Source: Balanoglossus misakiensis (taxonomy: Eukaryota; Animalia; Hemichordata). Taken from it: 64,000 bases of DNA. A program made the position numbers and the translations under genes. This document shows, piece by piece, positions 1-12,608 of the stretch; positions within the stretch are counted from its first letter, which is position 1, and each line of letters opens with the position of its first letter. A model generated the notes under the pieces. That model had not been told where the DNA came from. It ran no database searches and saw nothing but the letters and a program-made list of their open reading frames with translations. Where the stretch lies: the NCBI GenBank assembly GCA_040954595.2, contig CM082593.2, forward strand, positions 11,607,477 through 11,671,476. Reading direction: 5' to 3'.

Positions 1-1
1 A

Positions 2-1119
2 GTATTTCAGATTGCGAAACGAGCTGCAGAGAAGTCAGCCCAAGTGAGTAAAGAGCGCTATGACCAGAAAGTTAGAGAGGTGGTGCTTAAAGAAGGTGAT
101 CGAGTGTTACGCAGGAACGTGAGTATACGAGGTCAACACAAGATCGCCGATCGGTGGGAGGAAAGTCCATATGTTGTGGTGAGAAGGCTGAGTCCTGATT
201 TGCCAGTATATGTTCAACGAAAACCTCGAAGACACAGACGGTCCACAGAAATTTGCTGAAACCTTGCTGTGATCGACCGCTGTTGAGTTATACAGAAGAC
301 GAAATGAGTGAACGCTCTCAGGATAGGGCCATTCCTGAGAGTACGGAGTCGGAACGAAGTTCATCCTCACAGAGTGAACGAGGCTATGTGCTCAATCCTG
401 AATCGCGACCCTTTAGGCCTGGGAGAGTTAGACTTGTGCGCTTAGAAGGTACAACTGAAGTTACCCTTAATTCTATGGACAGAAGCGACAACGATGCATG
501 TGTGAGCGTGGAGCAAGATTCTCCTGAACCGAGCATGATGGATATGAGCGATTCTTCAGGGCAGGTGCAAAGCCCTGATGATCCTGTAACAGGCTTGCGT
601 GCAGATAGTATAGACGTATCGTCTGCTGGGAAGTCCGATGGAATTGCTGACAGAGCAGAAGTGACACATCAAAATATTCCTCTGAGTGATGTAGGTGTGA
701 ATATCACTGATGCGTCGATTAGTAGTGGAAATGTAGGAACTAGGAAAGAGACTATGGGGAAGGAGCAACCATCGATTGTGGGAAGTGACTTAGCTGATAC
801 CCATGGTGATTGTTCTGACGCTGACGAGGAGTCGTCGATTGCCGAGGAAGGAGGAAGTGTGGTCCGACCTATGCGTCGATCAACGAGAACTCGAAGACCA
901 CCCAAGTACTATGGATGGTGCTCACGATTGGTCAAACGTGACAAAGGTGGTAGAAGCACTTTGAGGAATTCTAGTATTGGGAAGAGGCCATCTTTTGATT
1001 TACCGAGGATTGATCATGAGGATGAAGTTTCTCATGGAAGACTGACCTCGTCGAATAGCAGAAACCACGACATAACCATGAAAATACTCGAAATGATGGC
1101 CAGTGGAATATACATGTAA
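2..1119 (+). pseudogene. Gypsy pol C-terminus (GPY/F-like integrase tail plus S/D/E-rich extension), frameshifted
   Basis: ORFs 44-259 and 253-1119 are in different frames. The conserved TVHRNLLKPC lies in the second frame, implying a frameshift near 215-240. The RRSTRTRRPPKYY tail is typical of Gypsy pol ends. Confidence 0.75.
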
Positions 1120-1612
1120 GTATAGGGAATGTGGATGTAGGGGTGTACGCTGGATTCACATTAGCTATTCTTGACTGTATGTGATACGTGCTTAATGCCA
1201 GGTAAGTAAGGGTGCGGTTCGAAGGTTGCTTTGTGTACCTTTGCAGATTTGCTATTTAGATTAGCCGCGTCATAGGGTCCTGCGCCTCCTGCGTTGCCCA
1301 GCGAACTCTGCGCGCTTACCTTTTTCTGATTACTCTTTCAGGTTCACTGATCGAGACTCTGCCTACCCTACTGCAACAGGATTGTGTAGCTTGTTTCATC
1401 GAAAGTGCATCTGAGGATGACTCGAGTCACTCGTTTTACAGGCACGATGCCTATGCCGACGAGAATGTTTCGATATTGAGTCTCGTTGATGTAGTGTTTG
1501 TATTTACGCTCATGTTCTGTGTTTCATTGTCGAACGAAGGCAAACTTATTGAGCTTGTTTTTTGTCGGGAAGTAAGCATAGTAAATCGTCCCTATGCTGA
1601 CTTGGGGCAGTG

Positions 1613-2988
1613 TGATACCATTGAATTTGCACCCCTCAGAGCATAGTGGAATGACCCCGCCTATATCGTATATTTGATACATTTTTGATTACTGACTTTA
1701 CCTGTTTATTGTGATTACGCAATTGAAGTAGTCCGCAGGTGTTGACTGTATTTCTTGTGAGGTATTCGATTTCGAGTTATGATGTTTCTGTATGAAAGCT
1801 CTTTTATTGTTATTGATCGAATATTTGCTACTGGAAAGTTGAATTTGTTCCGTCCAGGCAGTACCGCGTGTATTCAGTCAAAGGTTTGGCGGGTGTAATA
1901 CGGCGATGAACTAGTGAGTAAAAAGGGAACTTTTTAATATGGCCGTTGTCCGATTGTATTGACGAGAGTGGAATCTCCACAAAAATCCGAACCATCGGCA
2001 GAATCGTACGGCGAAATTGCATCTTGAATGGGAATCGAGGAGAGCCGGATGTTAACTAACATTATTTGAGCTAGTCTTCGTGAGATCCCTACGTAAGAAG
2101 CATTTCATCGACTATTTCGAACGACAGGTCTGCTGTACGTGAACGAACCATTGTTATTGTCACGCTGATTACTGAGACACCGATCGCCGAGATCCAACGA
2201 TTACGGGTACTCGCGCAGGTTTCTCAACGTCGATGCTTCACGAACTGAAAGCTGATGTAAGTACGATCTCATTAACGCTAATCATGTAAAATCGGACTGG
2301 ATTTGATAAACTTACGGCCTTTCTAGGTTCTTCGAACCACGGCGTGTGGGGAATGCAATGAGCCGCATTGTTTGACCCCCAACGTCTACAAACTTTGAAC
2401 GAATCATATACGAGCAGGAACACTCGACCCTACGATCGATTTGCCGATCACGGAACTGATCAGCGCTTCGTCATCAAGCTCCGCTTTACGCCTGGATACA
2501 CTCGGAGCGTTTGCGACGAGCGAACTTTGAGATATTTGCATTGATTGTTAGAGGATTCTCTTCGTTGGATTTTGGAAGCGGATCGACGCGACTGTTGAGT
2601 GCGGGACAGAGCCCTCATCGCCAGAACTCGATTGTGCGTCACGTTCGTTTATAAACTGTTGAACTTTGACCGGACTCGCGGCAGGTTGTGCCACGCCAGT
2701 TTTCTTCAGGAAGGTGTTACTTGTTAATGAAACAGGTTTTGATAGAGCTCTTGTTACATCTCTGATGTTGATAGACTTACTATTAATTATACTTCTTTCA
2801 TTGGATATAAAGTGTCTTTGTGTCATTTTGTCCACACCCCCTTCACTCGCCCTGTGTTCCCAAAGCTACCGCAATCACCACGAATCCTACGACCCAACTC
2901 ACATGAACGAAACTTGTTGATTACCCTTGTCGAGTTTGCTCACGCCCAGCTAGCCCATCGTTTTTATTGGAATTTTGCAAGGGTAACA
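1613..2988 (+). repeat. Gypsy 3' LTR (~1.38 kb)
   Basis: Starts TGATACCATTG and ends CAAGGGTAACA (imperfect terminal inverted repeat), directly after the PPT-like tract. The partner LTR is outside the window. Confidence 0.7.
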
Positions 2989-3224
2989 CTAACATACGCT
3001 AGTATCTGTCATATTGTGACGGAGATTTAGCCGAGCCAGGCCGTAGAAAAATCGACTTGTTCAACGTTACCAGTGTGCAACTGTTTCTGCTCTAGAGTGT
3101 CAGGGTTTTAGCCGACTTATGCTGTAGGAAATCTGAGTTGATGAACGGGAATTCAATGTTAGAAAACCCGTGTGGAAAGTATCTCTACCCGTTTGAATCT
3201 AAGAAAAGAATTTATTCTTATTTA

Positions 3225-4090
3225 ATTTGTAAAAAAGACAATTTTTCGAAAAAAAGTCGAAAATGGAAATTTTGTCTTGGGTGATTCAAATTATACCGCC
3301 TTTTCTGGAATTTGCAGCACTTTTTACAAGAGAACGACACTTCATGCTCCATAATATTTCCGAAAATGAAGAAAAGAGTTAATTTTTTATGATTTTTTAA
3401 AAATTTACCATTTTTGTCAAAATATGGCCAAAATGGCTATTTTTTCTTGAATTCCATCAATATCTCTGCATTTTTGGAGTGGTCGAAAGTTTTAACATAC
3501 AATCAACATGTCATATATGATCAGGGCACCAAATTCGAAGAACAAAGGTTTTTTTTTTTTTTTTTTCTAAAAATGACATTTTCAAGGAAAATTTGGTAAA
3601 ACGCAATTTTGTCTGCAGTGAGCAACATTAGACGGTCTTCTGTGGAATTTGTATCGATATATACATACGAAGAGCATTCTATACTCCATCAGATTTCCGA
3701 AAATATAGAAAACAGGTATTTTTTGTAATTTTCAAAAATTTACCATTTTGACCAAATTATGGCTAAAATTGTTATTTTCGTGTTGAATGCCGCCAGTGTC
3801 ACTGCTTTTAAAAGTCATAAAAACTTTTAACATACAAGCAATTGTTTATATATGATCAGGTCACCGAATTAAAAAAAATAAAGAATGTTTTGCCTAAAAA
3901 TGACCTTTTTGGTGCAAAAACGAATAAAACGCAATTTTGTATTAAATCAGCTCATTCAGAGTGCATTTTTTATAATCAGCACCATTTTTACATATAATGG
4001 AAATTTCATACATCATCAGATATCCAAATATGAAAAAATGATTTAGATTTTAGATGATTGTCCAAAATTAGCTGATATCTAATAAATGTA
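3225..4090. repeat. AT-rich subarray of the unit: ~5 degenerate ~165-170 bp monomers (example copy)
   Basis: An AAAAA(GAC/TGAC/TTTAC)...AAAA..G..ATTTT motif recurs near 3232, 3399, 3569, 3734 and 3897. Alternate monomers are more alike, giving a ~335 bp dimer. Confidence 0.7.
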
Positions 4091-4749
4091 GTATTGAAGC
4101 GGTCTGTTCCCCCCCCCCCCCTACATTATATGCGGTACGCCGATGTCAGCTTACCCGGCAGTACTGCAGGCCGGGCCCCCAACTAACGTCGGTGTTTGAA
4201 ACGCCCTGGTTAAATTCGGGCTTTCTCTATAAATTGACAGGCAATAATGCAGTCCTACCCGAACAAATGTCGAGTGTTGACCCGCTGTGACTTTCCCTCT
4301 TCGGTTTGCCCGACTTAGCCAACGTCTTTGTACTAGAGTGTCGGGTCTTTTGCAGAGCCAGGCCGAAGGAAATCCGACTTGATCACCGTTGATAACGAAC
4401 GCTAGTGTCTGTCATGGTGTGCCGGGGTTTTAGTCGAGCCAGGCCGTAGGAGATCTGACTTGATCATCGTGGTCAATGTACGCGTGTTTCCGCTCTAAAG
4501 TGCCGGGGCTTCAGCTAAACCAGGCCGTAGGAAATCCGACGTAATCACCGTTGATAACTTACGCCAGTCTGTGTCATATAGAGCCGGTTCACCAGCCGAG
4601 CCAGGCCGAAGGAAATGTGAGTAGATCAATGTGGTCTCTGTACGCGTGTTTCTGCTCTAGAGTGCCAGGGCTTTAGCCAAGCCAGGCCGTAGGAAACCCG
4701 ACGTGATTACCGTTGTTTACTTACGCCAGTCTGTGTCCTATATATAGAC

Positions 4750-4755
4750 ACACAC

Positions 4756-4791
<36 letters not shown>

Positions 4792-4827
4792 CGCTAAACC
4801 ATAAGCTCACGTGATTTTCACGTGAGC
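4750..4827 (-). mobile_element. Terminal fragment of the Helentron-like element, (CA)n plus hairpin, carried in a satellite unit
   Basis: Matches 16200-16283: (CA)n-TCGCTAAACCATAAGCTCACGTGATTTTCACGTGAGC. Confidence 0.8.
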
Positions 4828-5357
4828 TAAAAACTTTTAACATACATGCAATTGTTTATATATGATCAGGTCACCGAATTAAAAAAATAAAGAATATTTT
4901 GCCTAAAAATGACCTTTTTGGTGCAAAAACGAATAAAACGCAATTTTGTATTAAATCAGAGTGCATTTTTTATAATCAGCACCATTTTTACATATAATGG
5001 AAATTTCATACATCATCAGATATCCAAATATGAAAAAATGATTTAGATTTTAGATGATTGTCCAAAATTAGCTGATATCTAATAAATGTAGTATTGAAGC
5101 GGTCTGTTCCCCCCCCCCTACATTATATGCGGTACGCCGATGTCAGCTTACCCGGCAGTACTGCAGGCCGGGCCCCCAACTAACGTCGGTGTTTGAAACG
5201 CCCTGGTTAAATTCGGGCTTTCTCTATAAATTGACAGGCAATAATGCAGTCCTACCCGAACAAATGTCGAGTGTTGACCCGCTGTGACTTTCCCTCTTCG
5301 GTTTGCCCGACTTAGCCAACGTCTTTGTACTAGAGTGTCGGGTCTTTTGCAGAGCCA

Positions 5358-6835
5358 GGCCGAAGGAAATCCGACTTGATCACCGTTGATAACGAACGCT
5401 AGTGTCTGTCATGGTGTGCCGGGGTTTTAGTCGAGCCAGGCCGTAGGAGATCTGACTTGATCATCGTGGTCAATGTACGCGTGTTTCCGCTCTAAAGTGC
5501 CGGGGCTTCAGCTAAACCAGGCCGTAGGAAATCCGACGTAATCACCGTTGATAACTTACGCCAGTCTGTGTCATATAGAGCCGGTTCACCAGCCGAGCCA
5601 GGCCGAAGGAAATGTGAGTAGATCAATGTGGTCTCTGTACGCGTGTTTCTGCTCTAGAGTGCCAGGGATTTAGCCAAGCCATACCGTAGGAAATCTGACT
5701 TGATCAACGTTGCTAACGAACGCTAGTGTATGTCATAGTGTGCCGGGGTTTTAGTCGAGCCAAGCCGTAGGAGATCAGACTTGATCAACGTGGTCAATGT
5801 ACGCCTGTTTCTGCTCTAGAGTGCCGGGGCTTCAGCTGAGCCAGGCCGTAGGAAACCCGACGTGATTACCGTTGTTAACTTACGCCAGTCTGTGTCCTTT
5901 ATATAGTGCCGGGGCATCAGCCGTGCCAGGCCGAAGGAAATGTGAGTAGATCAACGTGGTCTCTGTACGCGTGTTTCTGCTCTAGAGTGCCAGGGCTTTA
6001 GCCAAGCCATGCCGTAGGAAATCTGACTTGATCAACGTTGCTAACGAACGCTAGTGTCTGTCATAGTGTGCCGGGGTTTTAGTCGAGCCAAGCCGTAGGA
6101 GATCAGACTTGATCAACGTGGTCTCTGTACGCGTGTTTCCGCTCTAAATTGCCGGGGCTTCAGCTAAACCAGGCCGTAGGAAATCCGACGGAATAACCGT
6201 TGATAACTTACGCCAGTCTGTGTCATATAGAGCCGGTGCACCAGCTGAGTCACGCCATAGGAAATCTGACTTGATCAACGTGGTCAATGTACGCTTGTTT
6301 CTGCTCTAGAGTGCCGGGGCGTCAGCTGAGCCAGGCCGTAGGAAACCCGACGTGATTACCGTTGTTAACTTACGCCAGTCTGTGTCCTATATATAGTGCC
6401 GGGGCATCAGCCGTGCCAGGCCGAAGGAAATGTGAGTAGATCAACGTGGTCTCTGTACGCGTGTTTCTGCTCTAGAGTGCCAGGGCTTTAGCCAAGCCAT
6501 GCCGTAGGAAATCTGACTTGATCAACGTTGCTAACGAACGCTAGTGTCTGTCATAGTGTGCCGGGGTTTTAGTCGAGCCAAGCCGTAGGAGATCAGACTT
6601 GATCAACGTGGTCTCTGTACGCGTGTTTCCGCTCTAAATTGCCGGGGCTTCAGCTAAACCAGGCCGTAGGAAATCTGACTTGATCACCGTTGCTAACGTA
6701 CGCTAGTGTCTGTCATATTGTGACGGAGATTTAGCCGAGCAAGGCCGTAGAAAAATCGACTTGTTCAACGTTACCAGTGTGCAACTGTTTCTGCTCTTGA
6801 GTGTCAGGGTTTTAGCCGACTTATGCTGTAGGAAA
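5358..6835. repeat. 81-bp minisatellite subarray (longest run, ~18 monomers)
   Basis: The GCCGTAGGAAATCTGACTTGATCA core recurs every 81 bp (measured in the preceding unit at 4361, 4442, 4523, 4604, 4685). Two monomer classes alternate. Confidence 0.9.
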
Positions 6836-9800
6836 TCTGAGTTGATGAACGCGAATTCAATGTTAGAAAACCGTGTGGAAAGTATCTCTACCCGTTTGAA
6901 ACTAAGAAAAGAATTTATTCTTATTTATTTTGTAAAAAAGACAATTTTTCGAAAAAAAGTCGAAAATGCTTATTTTGTCTTGGGTGATTCAAATTATACC
7001 GCCTTTTCTGGAATTTGCAGCACTTTTTACAAGAGAACGACACTTCATGCTCCATAATATTTCCGAAAATGAAGAAAAGAGTTAATTGTTTATGATTTTT
7101 TAAAAATTTACCATTTTTGTCAAAATATGGCCAAAATGGCCATTTTTTCTTGAATTCCGTCAATATCTCTGCATTTTGGAGTGGTCGAAAGTTTTAACAT
7201 ACAATCAACATGTCATATATGATCAGGGCACCAAATTCGAAGAACAACGGTTTTTTTATTTTATTTTCTAAAAATGACATTTTCAAAGAAAATTTTGTAA
7301 AACGCAATTTTGTCTGCAGTGAGCCAAATTGGACGGTCTTTTGTGGAATTTGTATCGATATATACATACGAAGAGCATTCTATACTCCATCAGATTTCCG
7401 AAAATGTAGAAAACATGTATTTTTCGTAATTTTCTAAAATTTACCATTTTGACCAAATTGTGGCTAAAATTGTTATTTTCGTGTTGAATGCCGCCAGTGT
7501 CACTGCTTTTAAAAGTCATAAAAACTTTTAACATACAAGCAATTGTTTATATATGATCAGGTCACCGAATTAAATAAATAAAGAATGTTTTGCCTAAAAA
7601 TGACCTTTTTGGTGCAAAAACGAATAAAACGCAATTTTGTATTAAATCAGCTCATTCAGAGTGCATTTTTTATAATCAGCACCATTTTTACATATAATGG
7701 AAATTTCATACATCATCAGATATCCAAATATGAAAAAATGATTTAGATTTTGATGATTGTCCAAAATTAGCTGATATCTAATAAATGTAGTATTGAACCG
7801 TTCTGTTTCCCCCCCCCCTACATTATATGCGGTACGCCGATATCACCTTACCCGGCAGTACTGCAGGCCGTGCCCTCAACTAACGTCGGTGTTTGAAGCG
7901 CCCTGGTTAAATTCGCGCTTTCTCTATAAATTGACAGGCAATAATGCAGTCCTACCCGAACAAATGTCGAGTGTTGACCCGCTGTGACTTTCCCTCTTCG
8001 GTTTGCCAGACTTAGCCAACGTCTTTGTACTAGAGTGTCGGGTCTTTTGCAGAGCCAGGCCGAAGATAATCCGACTTGATCACCGTTGCTAACGAACGCT
8101 AGTGTCTGTCATGGTGTGCCGGAGTTTTAGTCGAGCCAGGCCGTAGGAGATCTGACTTGATCATCGTGGTCAATGTACACGTGTTTCCGCTCTAAAGCGC
8201 CGGGGCTTCAGCTAAACCAGGCCGTAGGAAATCCGACGTAATCACCGTTCATAACTTACGCCAGTCTGTGTCATATAGAGCCGGTGCACCAGCCGAGTCA
8301 CGCCGTAAGAAATCTGACTTGATCAACGTGGTCAATGTACGCCTGTTTCTGCTCAAGAGTGCCGGGGCTTCAGCTGAGCCAGGCCGTAGGAAACCCGACG
8401 TGATTACCGTTGTTAACTTACGCCAGTCTGTGTCCTATATATAGTGCCGGGGCATCAGCCGTGCCAGGCCGAAGGAAATGTGAGTAGATCAACGTGGTCT
8501 CTGTACGCGTGTTTCTGCTCTAGAGTGCCGGGGCTTTAGCCAAGCCATGCCGTAGGAAATCTCACTTGATCAACGTTGCTAACGAACGCTAGTGTCTGTC
8601 GTAGTGTGCCGGGGTTTTAGTCGAGCCAAGCCGTAGGAGATCAGACTTGATCAACGTGGTCTCTGTACGCGTGTTTTTGCTCTTGAGTGCCGGGGCTTTA
8701 TCCAAGCCCTGCCGTAGAAAATCTGACTTGATCACCGTTGCTAACGTACGCTAGTGTCTGTCATATTGTGAGTCAGACGGAGATTTAGCCGAGCCAGGCC
8801 GTAGAAAAATCGACTTGTTCAACGTTACCAGTGTGCAACTGTTTCTTCTCTAGAGTGTCAGGGTTTTAGCCGACTTATGCTGTAAGAAATCTGAGTTGAT
8901 GAACGGGAATTCAATGTTAGAAAACCCGTGTGGAAAGTATCTCTACCCGTTTGAAACTAAGAAAAGAATTTATTCTTATTTATTTTGTAAAAAAAACAAT
9001 TTTTCGAAAAAAAGTCGAAAATGGTAACTTTGTCTTGGGTGATTCACATTATACCGCCTTTTCTGGAATTTGCAGCACTTTTTACAAGAGAACGACACTT
9101 CATGCTCCATAATATTTCCGAAAATGAAGAAGAGAATTAATTTTTCATGATTTTTTAAAAATTCACCATGTTTGTCAAAATATGGCCAAAATGGCTATTT
9201 TTTCTTGAATTCCGTCAATATCTCTGCATATTTGGAGTGGTCGAAAGTTTTAACATACAATCAACATGTCATATATGATCAGGGCACCAAATTCGAAGAA
9301 CAAAGGTTTTTTTATTTATTTTTTTCTAAAAATGACATTTTCAAGGAAAATTTGGTAAAACGCAATTTTGTCTGCAGTGAGCCAAATTAGAATTTGTATC
9401 GATATATATATACGAAGAGCATTATATACTCCATCAGATTTCCGAAAATGTAGAAAACAGGTATTTTTTGTAATTTTCAAAAATTTACCATTTTGACCAA
9501 ATTGTGGATAAAATTGTTATTTTCGTATTGAATGCCGCCAGTGTCACTGCTTTTAAAAGTCATAAAAACTTTTAACAGACAAGCAATTGTTTATATATGA
9601 TCAGGTCACCGAATTAAAAAAATAAAGACTGTTTTGCCTAAAAATAACCTTTTTGGTGCAAAAACGAATAAAACGCAATTTTGTATTAAATCAGAGTGTA
9701 TATTTTATAATCAGCACCATTTTTACATATAATGGAAATTTCATACATCATCAGATATCCAAATAATTTAGATTTTAGATGATTGTCCAAAATTAGCTGA

Positions 9801-11811
9801 TATCTAATAAATGTAGTATTGAACCGTTCCACCCCCCCCCCCCCTACATTATATGCGGTACGCCGATGTCAGCTTACCCGGCAGTACTGCAGGCCGTGCC
9901 CCCAACTAACGTCGGTGTTTGAAACGCCCTGGTTTAATTCGGGCTTTCTCTATAAATTGACAAGCAATAATGCAGTCCTAACCGAACAAATGTCGAGTGT
10001 TGACCCGCTGTGACTTTCCCTCTTCGGTTTGCCCGACTTAGCCAACGTCTTTGTACTAGAGTGTCGGGTCTTTTGCAGAGCCAGGCCGAAGGAAATCCGA
10101 CTTGATCACCGTTGCTAACGAACGCTAGTGTCTGTCATGGTGTGCCGGGGTTTTAGTCGATCCAGGCCGTAGGAGATCTGACTTGATCATCGTGGTCAAT
10201 GTACGCGTGTTTCCGATCTAAAGTGCCGGGGCTTCAGCTAAACCAGGCCGTAGGAAATCCGACGTAATCACCGTTGATAACTTACGCCAGTCTGTGTCAT
10301 ATAGAGCCGGTGCACCAGCCGAGTCACGCCGTAGGAAATCTGACTTGATCAACGTGGTCAATGTACGCCTGTTTCTGCTCTAGAGTGCCGGGGCTTCAGC
10401 TGAGCCAGGCCGTAGGAAACCCGATGTGATTACCGTTGTTAACTTACGCCAGTCTGTGTCTGATATATAGTGCCAGGGCATCAGCCGTGCCAGGCAAAAG
10501 GAAATGTTAGTAGATCAACGTGGTCTCTGTACGCGTGTTTCTGCTCTAGAGTGACGAGGCTTTATCCAAGCCCTGCCGTAGAAAATCTGACTTGATCACC
10601 GTTGCTAACGTACGCTAGTGTCTGTCATATTGTGACGGAGATTTAGCTGAGCCAGGCCGTAGAAAAATCGACTTGTTCAACGTTACCAGTGTGCAACTGT
10701 TTCTGCTCTAGAGTGTCAGGGTTTTAGCCGACTTATGCTGTAGGAAATCTGAGTTGATGAACGGGAATTCAATGTTAGAAAACCCGTGTGGAAAGTATCT
10801 CTACCCGTTTAAAACTAAGAAAAGAATTTATTCTTATTTATTTTGTAAAAAAAGACAATTTTTCGAAAAAAAAAGTCGAAAATGGTAATTTTGTCTTGGG
10901 TGATACAAATTATACCGCCTTTTCTGGAATTTGCAGCACTTTTTACAAGAGAACGACACTTCATGCTCCATAATATTTCCGAAAATGTAGAAAAGAGTTA
11001 ATTTTTTATGATTTTTTAAAAATTTACCATTTTTGACAAAATATGGCCAAAATGGCTATTTTTTCTTGAATTTCGTCACTATCTCTACATTTTTGGAGTG
11101 GTCGAAAGTTTTAACATACAATCAACATGTCATATATGATCAGGGCACCAAATTCGAAGAACAAAGGTTTTTTTATTTTTTTTTTCTAAAAATGACATTT
11201 TCAAGCAAAATTTGATAACATGCAATTTTGTCTGCAGTGAGACTGTCTTTTGTGGAATTTGTATCGATATTTGCATACGAAGAGCATTCTATACTCCATC
11301 AGATTTCCGAAAATGTAGAAAAAGGTATTTTTTGTAATTTTCAAAAATTTACCATTTTGACCAAATTGTGGCTAAAATTGTTATTTTCGTGTTGAATGCC
11401 GCCAGTGTCACTGCTTTTAAAAGTCATAAACACTTTTAACATACAAGCAATTGTTTATATATGATCAGGTCACCGAATTAATAAAATAAAGAATGTTTTG
11501 CCTAAAAATGACCTTTTTGGTGCAAAAACGAATAAAACGAAATTTTGTATTAAATCAGAGTGCATTTTTTATAATCAGCACCATTTTTACATATAATGGA
11601 AATTTCATACATCATCAGATATCCAAATATGAAAAAATGATTTAGATGATTGTCCAAAATTAGCTGATATCTAATAAATGTAGTATTGAACCGTTCTGTT
11701 TCTCCCCCCCCCCCCCTCATACATTATATGCGGTACGCCGATGTCAGCTTACCCGGCAGTACTGCAGGCCGTGCCCCCAACTAACGTCGGTGTTTGAAAC
11801 GCCCTGGTTAA

Positions 11812-12608
11812 GATGGGTCCCTGGGATCTTTTTGCCCGTTGCTATGGGCCTTTATAGGACACTACACTCAATTTTGATCGAAACCGTTATGAACGTCCGA
11901 CAAGGGGCTTGTATCTAGTTAAAAATACACACGATTGTGTGCACACCCCCTGTCCAAGTATGTTTACGGCAGCTACCGCCCGGCCATAGGCCGCCACGCT
12001 AATACGGCAAAGCAGCGGTCAGCGATAGCGTGCGCGTCCTGTAACCACAGTAACTGGATCGAACGCTTAAAATCCAATGTTTTGTACACAGAGATTTTGT
12101 ACCGTTCACGAAAATCCCTAAGGCTTTTTTCATAGGCCACGTACGCCAGTCAAATTTGACCTGCTTGTTGAGAACGCACTTCCGCACAGTGTGACGGATC
12201 GTTTTTTTTTGGTTTTCGTCGTGCTAAGAAGCGATACCGGTGGAAGAGTGCGTCCAAAAACACCCAAAATCGATGACTTTTTCAGGTGTGGTACGGGTAT
12301 GCTGAAATCGTAGGATACAACGATAATATTCGAAAACAAAATCCGTCACGATCTTCCCTGGTTCAAGCAACTAATGAATACGTCTCAAGTTCGTTTTTGA
12401 GGTCACGGAATAAAAAGCCTTAGGCTTTTGAAATTTGACCTAGCTAATTTGCATATCAATGGCGTCAGGGGGCGCGCGCTCACAATCGTGCAGATTTTCA
12501 ACTAGTTACCAGCCCCTTGTTAGACTCTGAAAACGGCTTAGTCCAAATCGGGGTGTAATGTCCTGCAAAGGCCCATAGCAACGAGCAAAAAGATCCCAGG
12601 GACCCATC
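11812..12608. mobile_element. Non-autonomous TIR DNA transposon (MITE, 797 bp) with TTAA TSD, Kolobok-like
   Basis: TTAA at 11808-11811 and 12609-12612 duplicates the satellite site CCTGGTTAAATTC. The TIR GATGGGTCCCTGGGATCTTTTTG is perfect for 24 bp and imperfect to ~140 bp. The termini are purines (GA), not the CCY of piggyBac. Confidence 0.88.

Larger units (their letters stand above)
1..2988 (+). mobile_element. 3' part of a Gypsy/Ty3-type LTR retrotransposon (integrase C-terminus, 3' UTR, PPT, 3' LTR)
   Basis: Integrase C-terminal motifs YDQK..GDRVL..KIADRWEESPYVV and HRNLLKPC. A purine-rich GGGGCAGTG precedes a TG...CA-bounded LTR. Satellite sequence resumes at 2989. Confidence 0.85.

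Noticed and set aside
1828-3030. Short ORFs in the Gypsy LTR
   Set aside because: No domain similarity; they overlap on both strands, as expected by chance.
4361-6835. 81-bp repeats as a CRISPR-like array
   Set aside because: The inter-core sequences are homologous variants reused in every unit, not unique spacers. There are no cas genes and the context is eukaryotic.
8930-9390. Recurrent short ORFs (MESISTRLK..., MSKYGQNG..., MNRSVPPP...)
   Set aside because: These are chance frames in the satellite with GTG/TTG starts, broken by homopolymer length changes between units.
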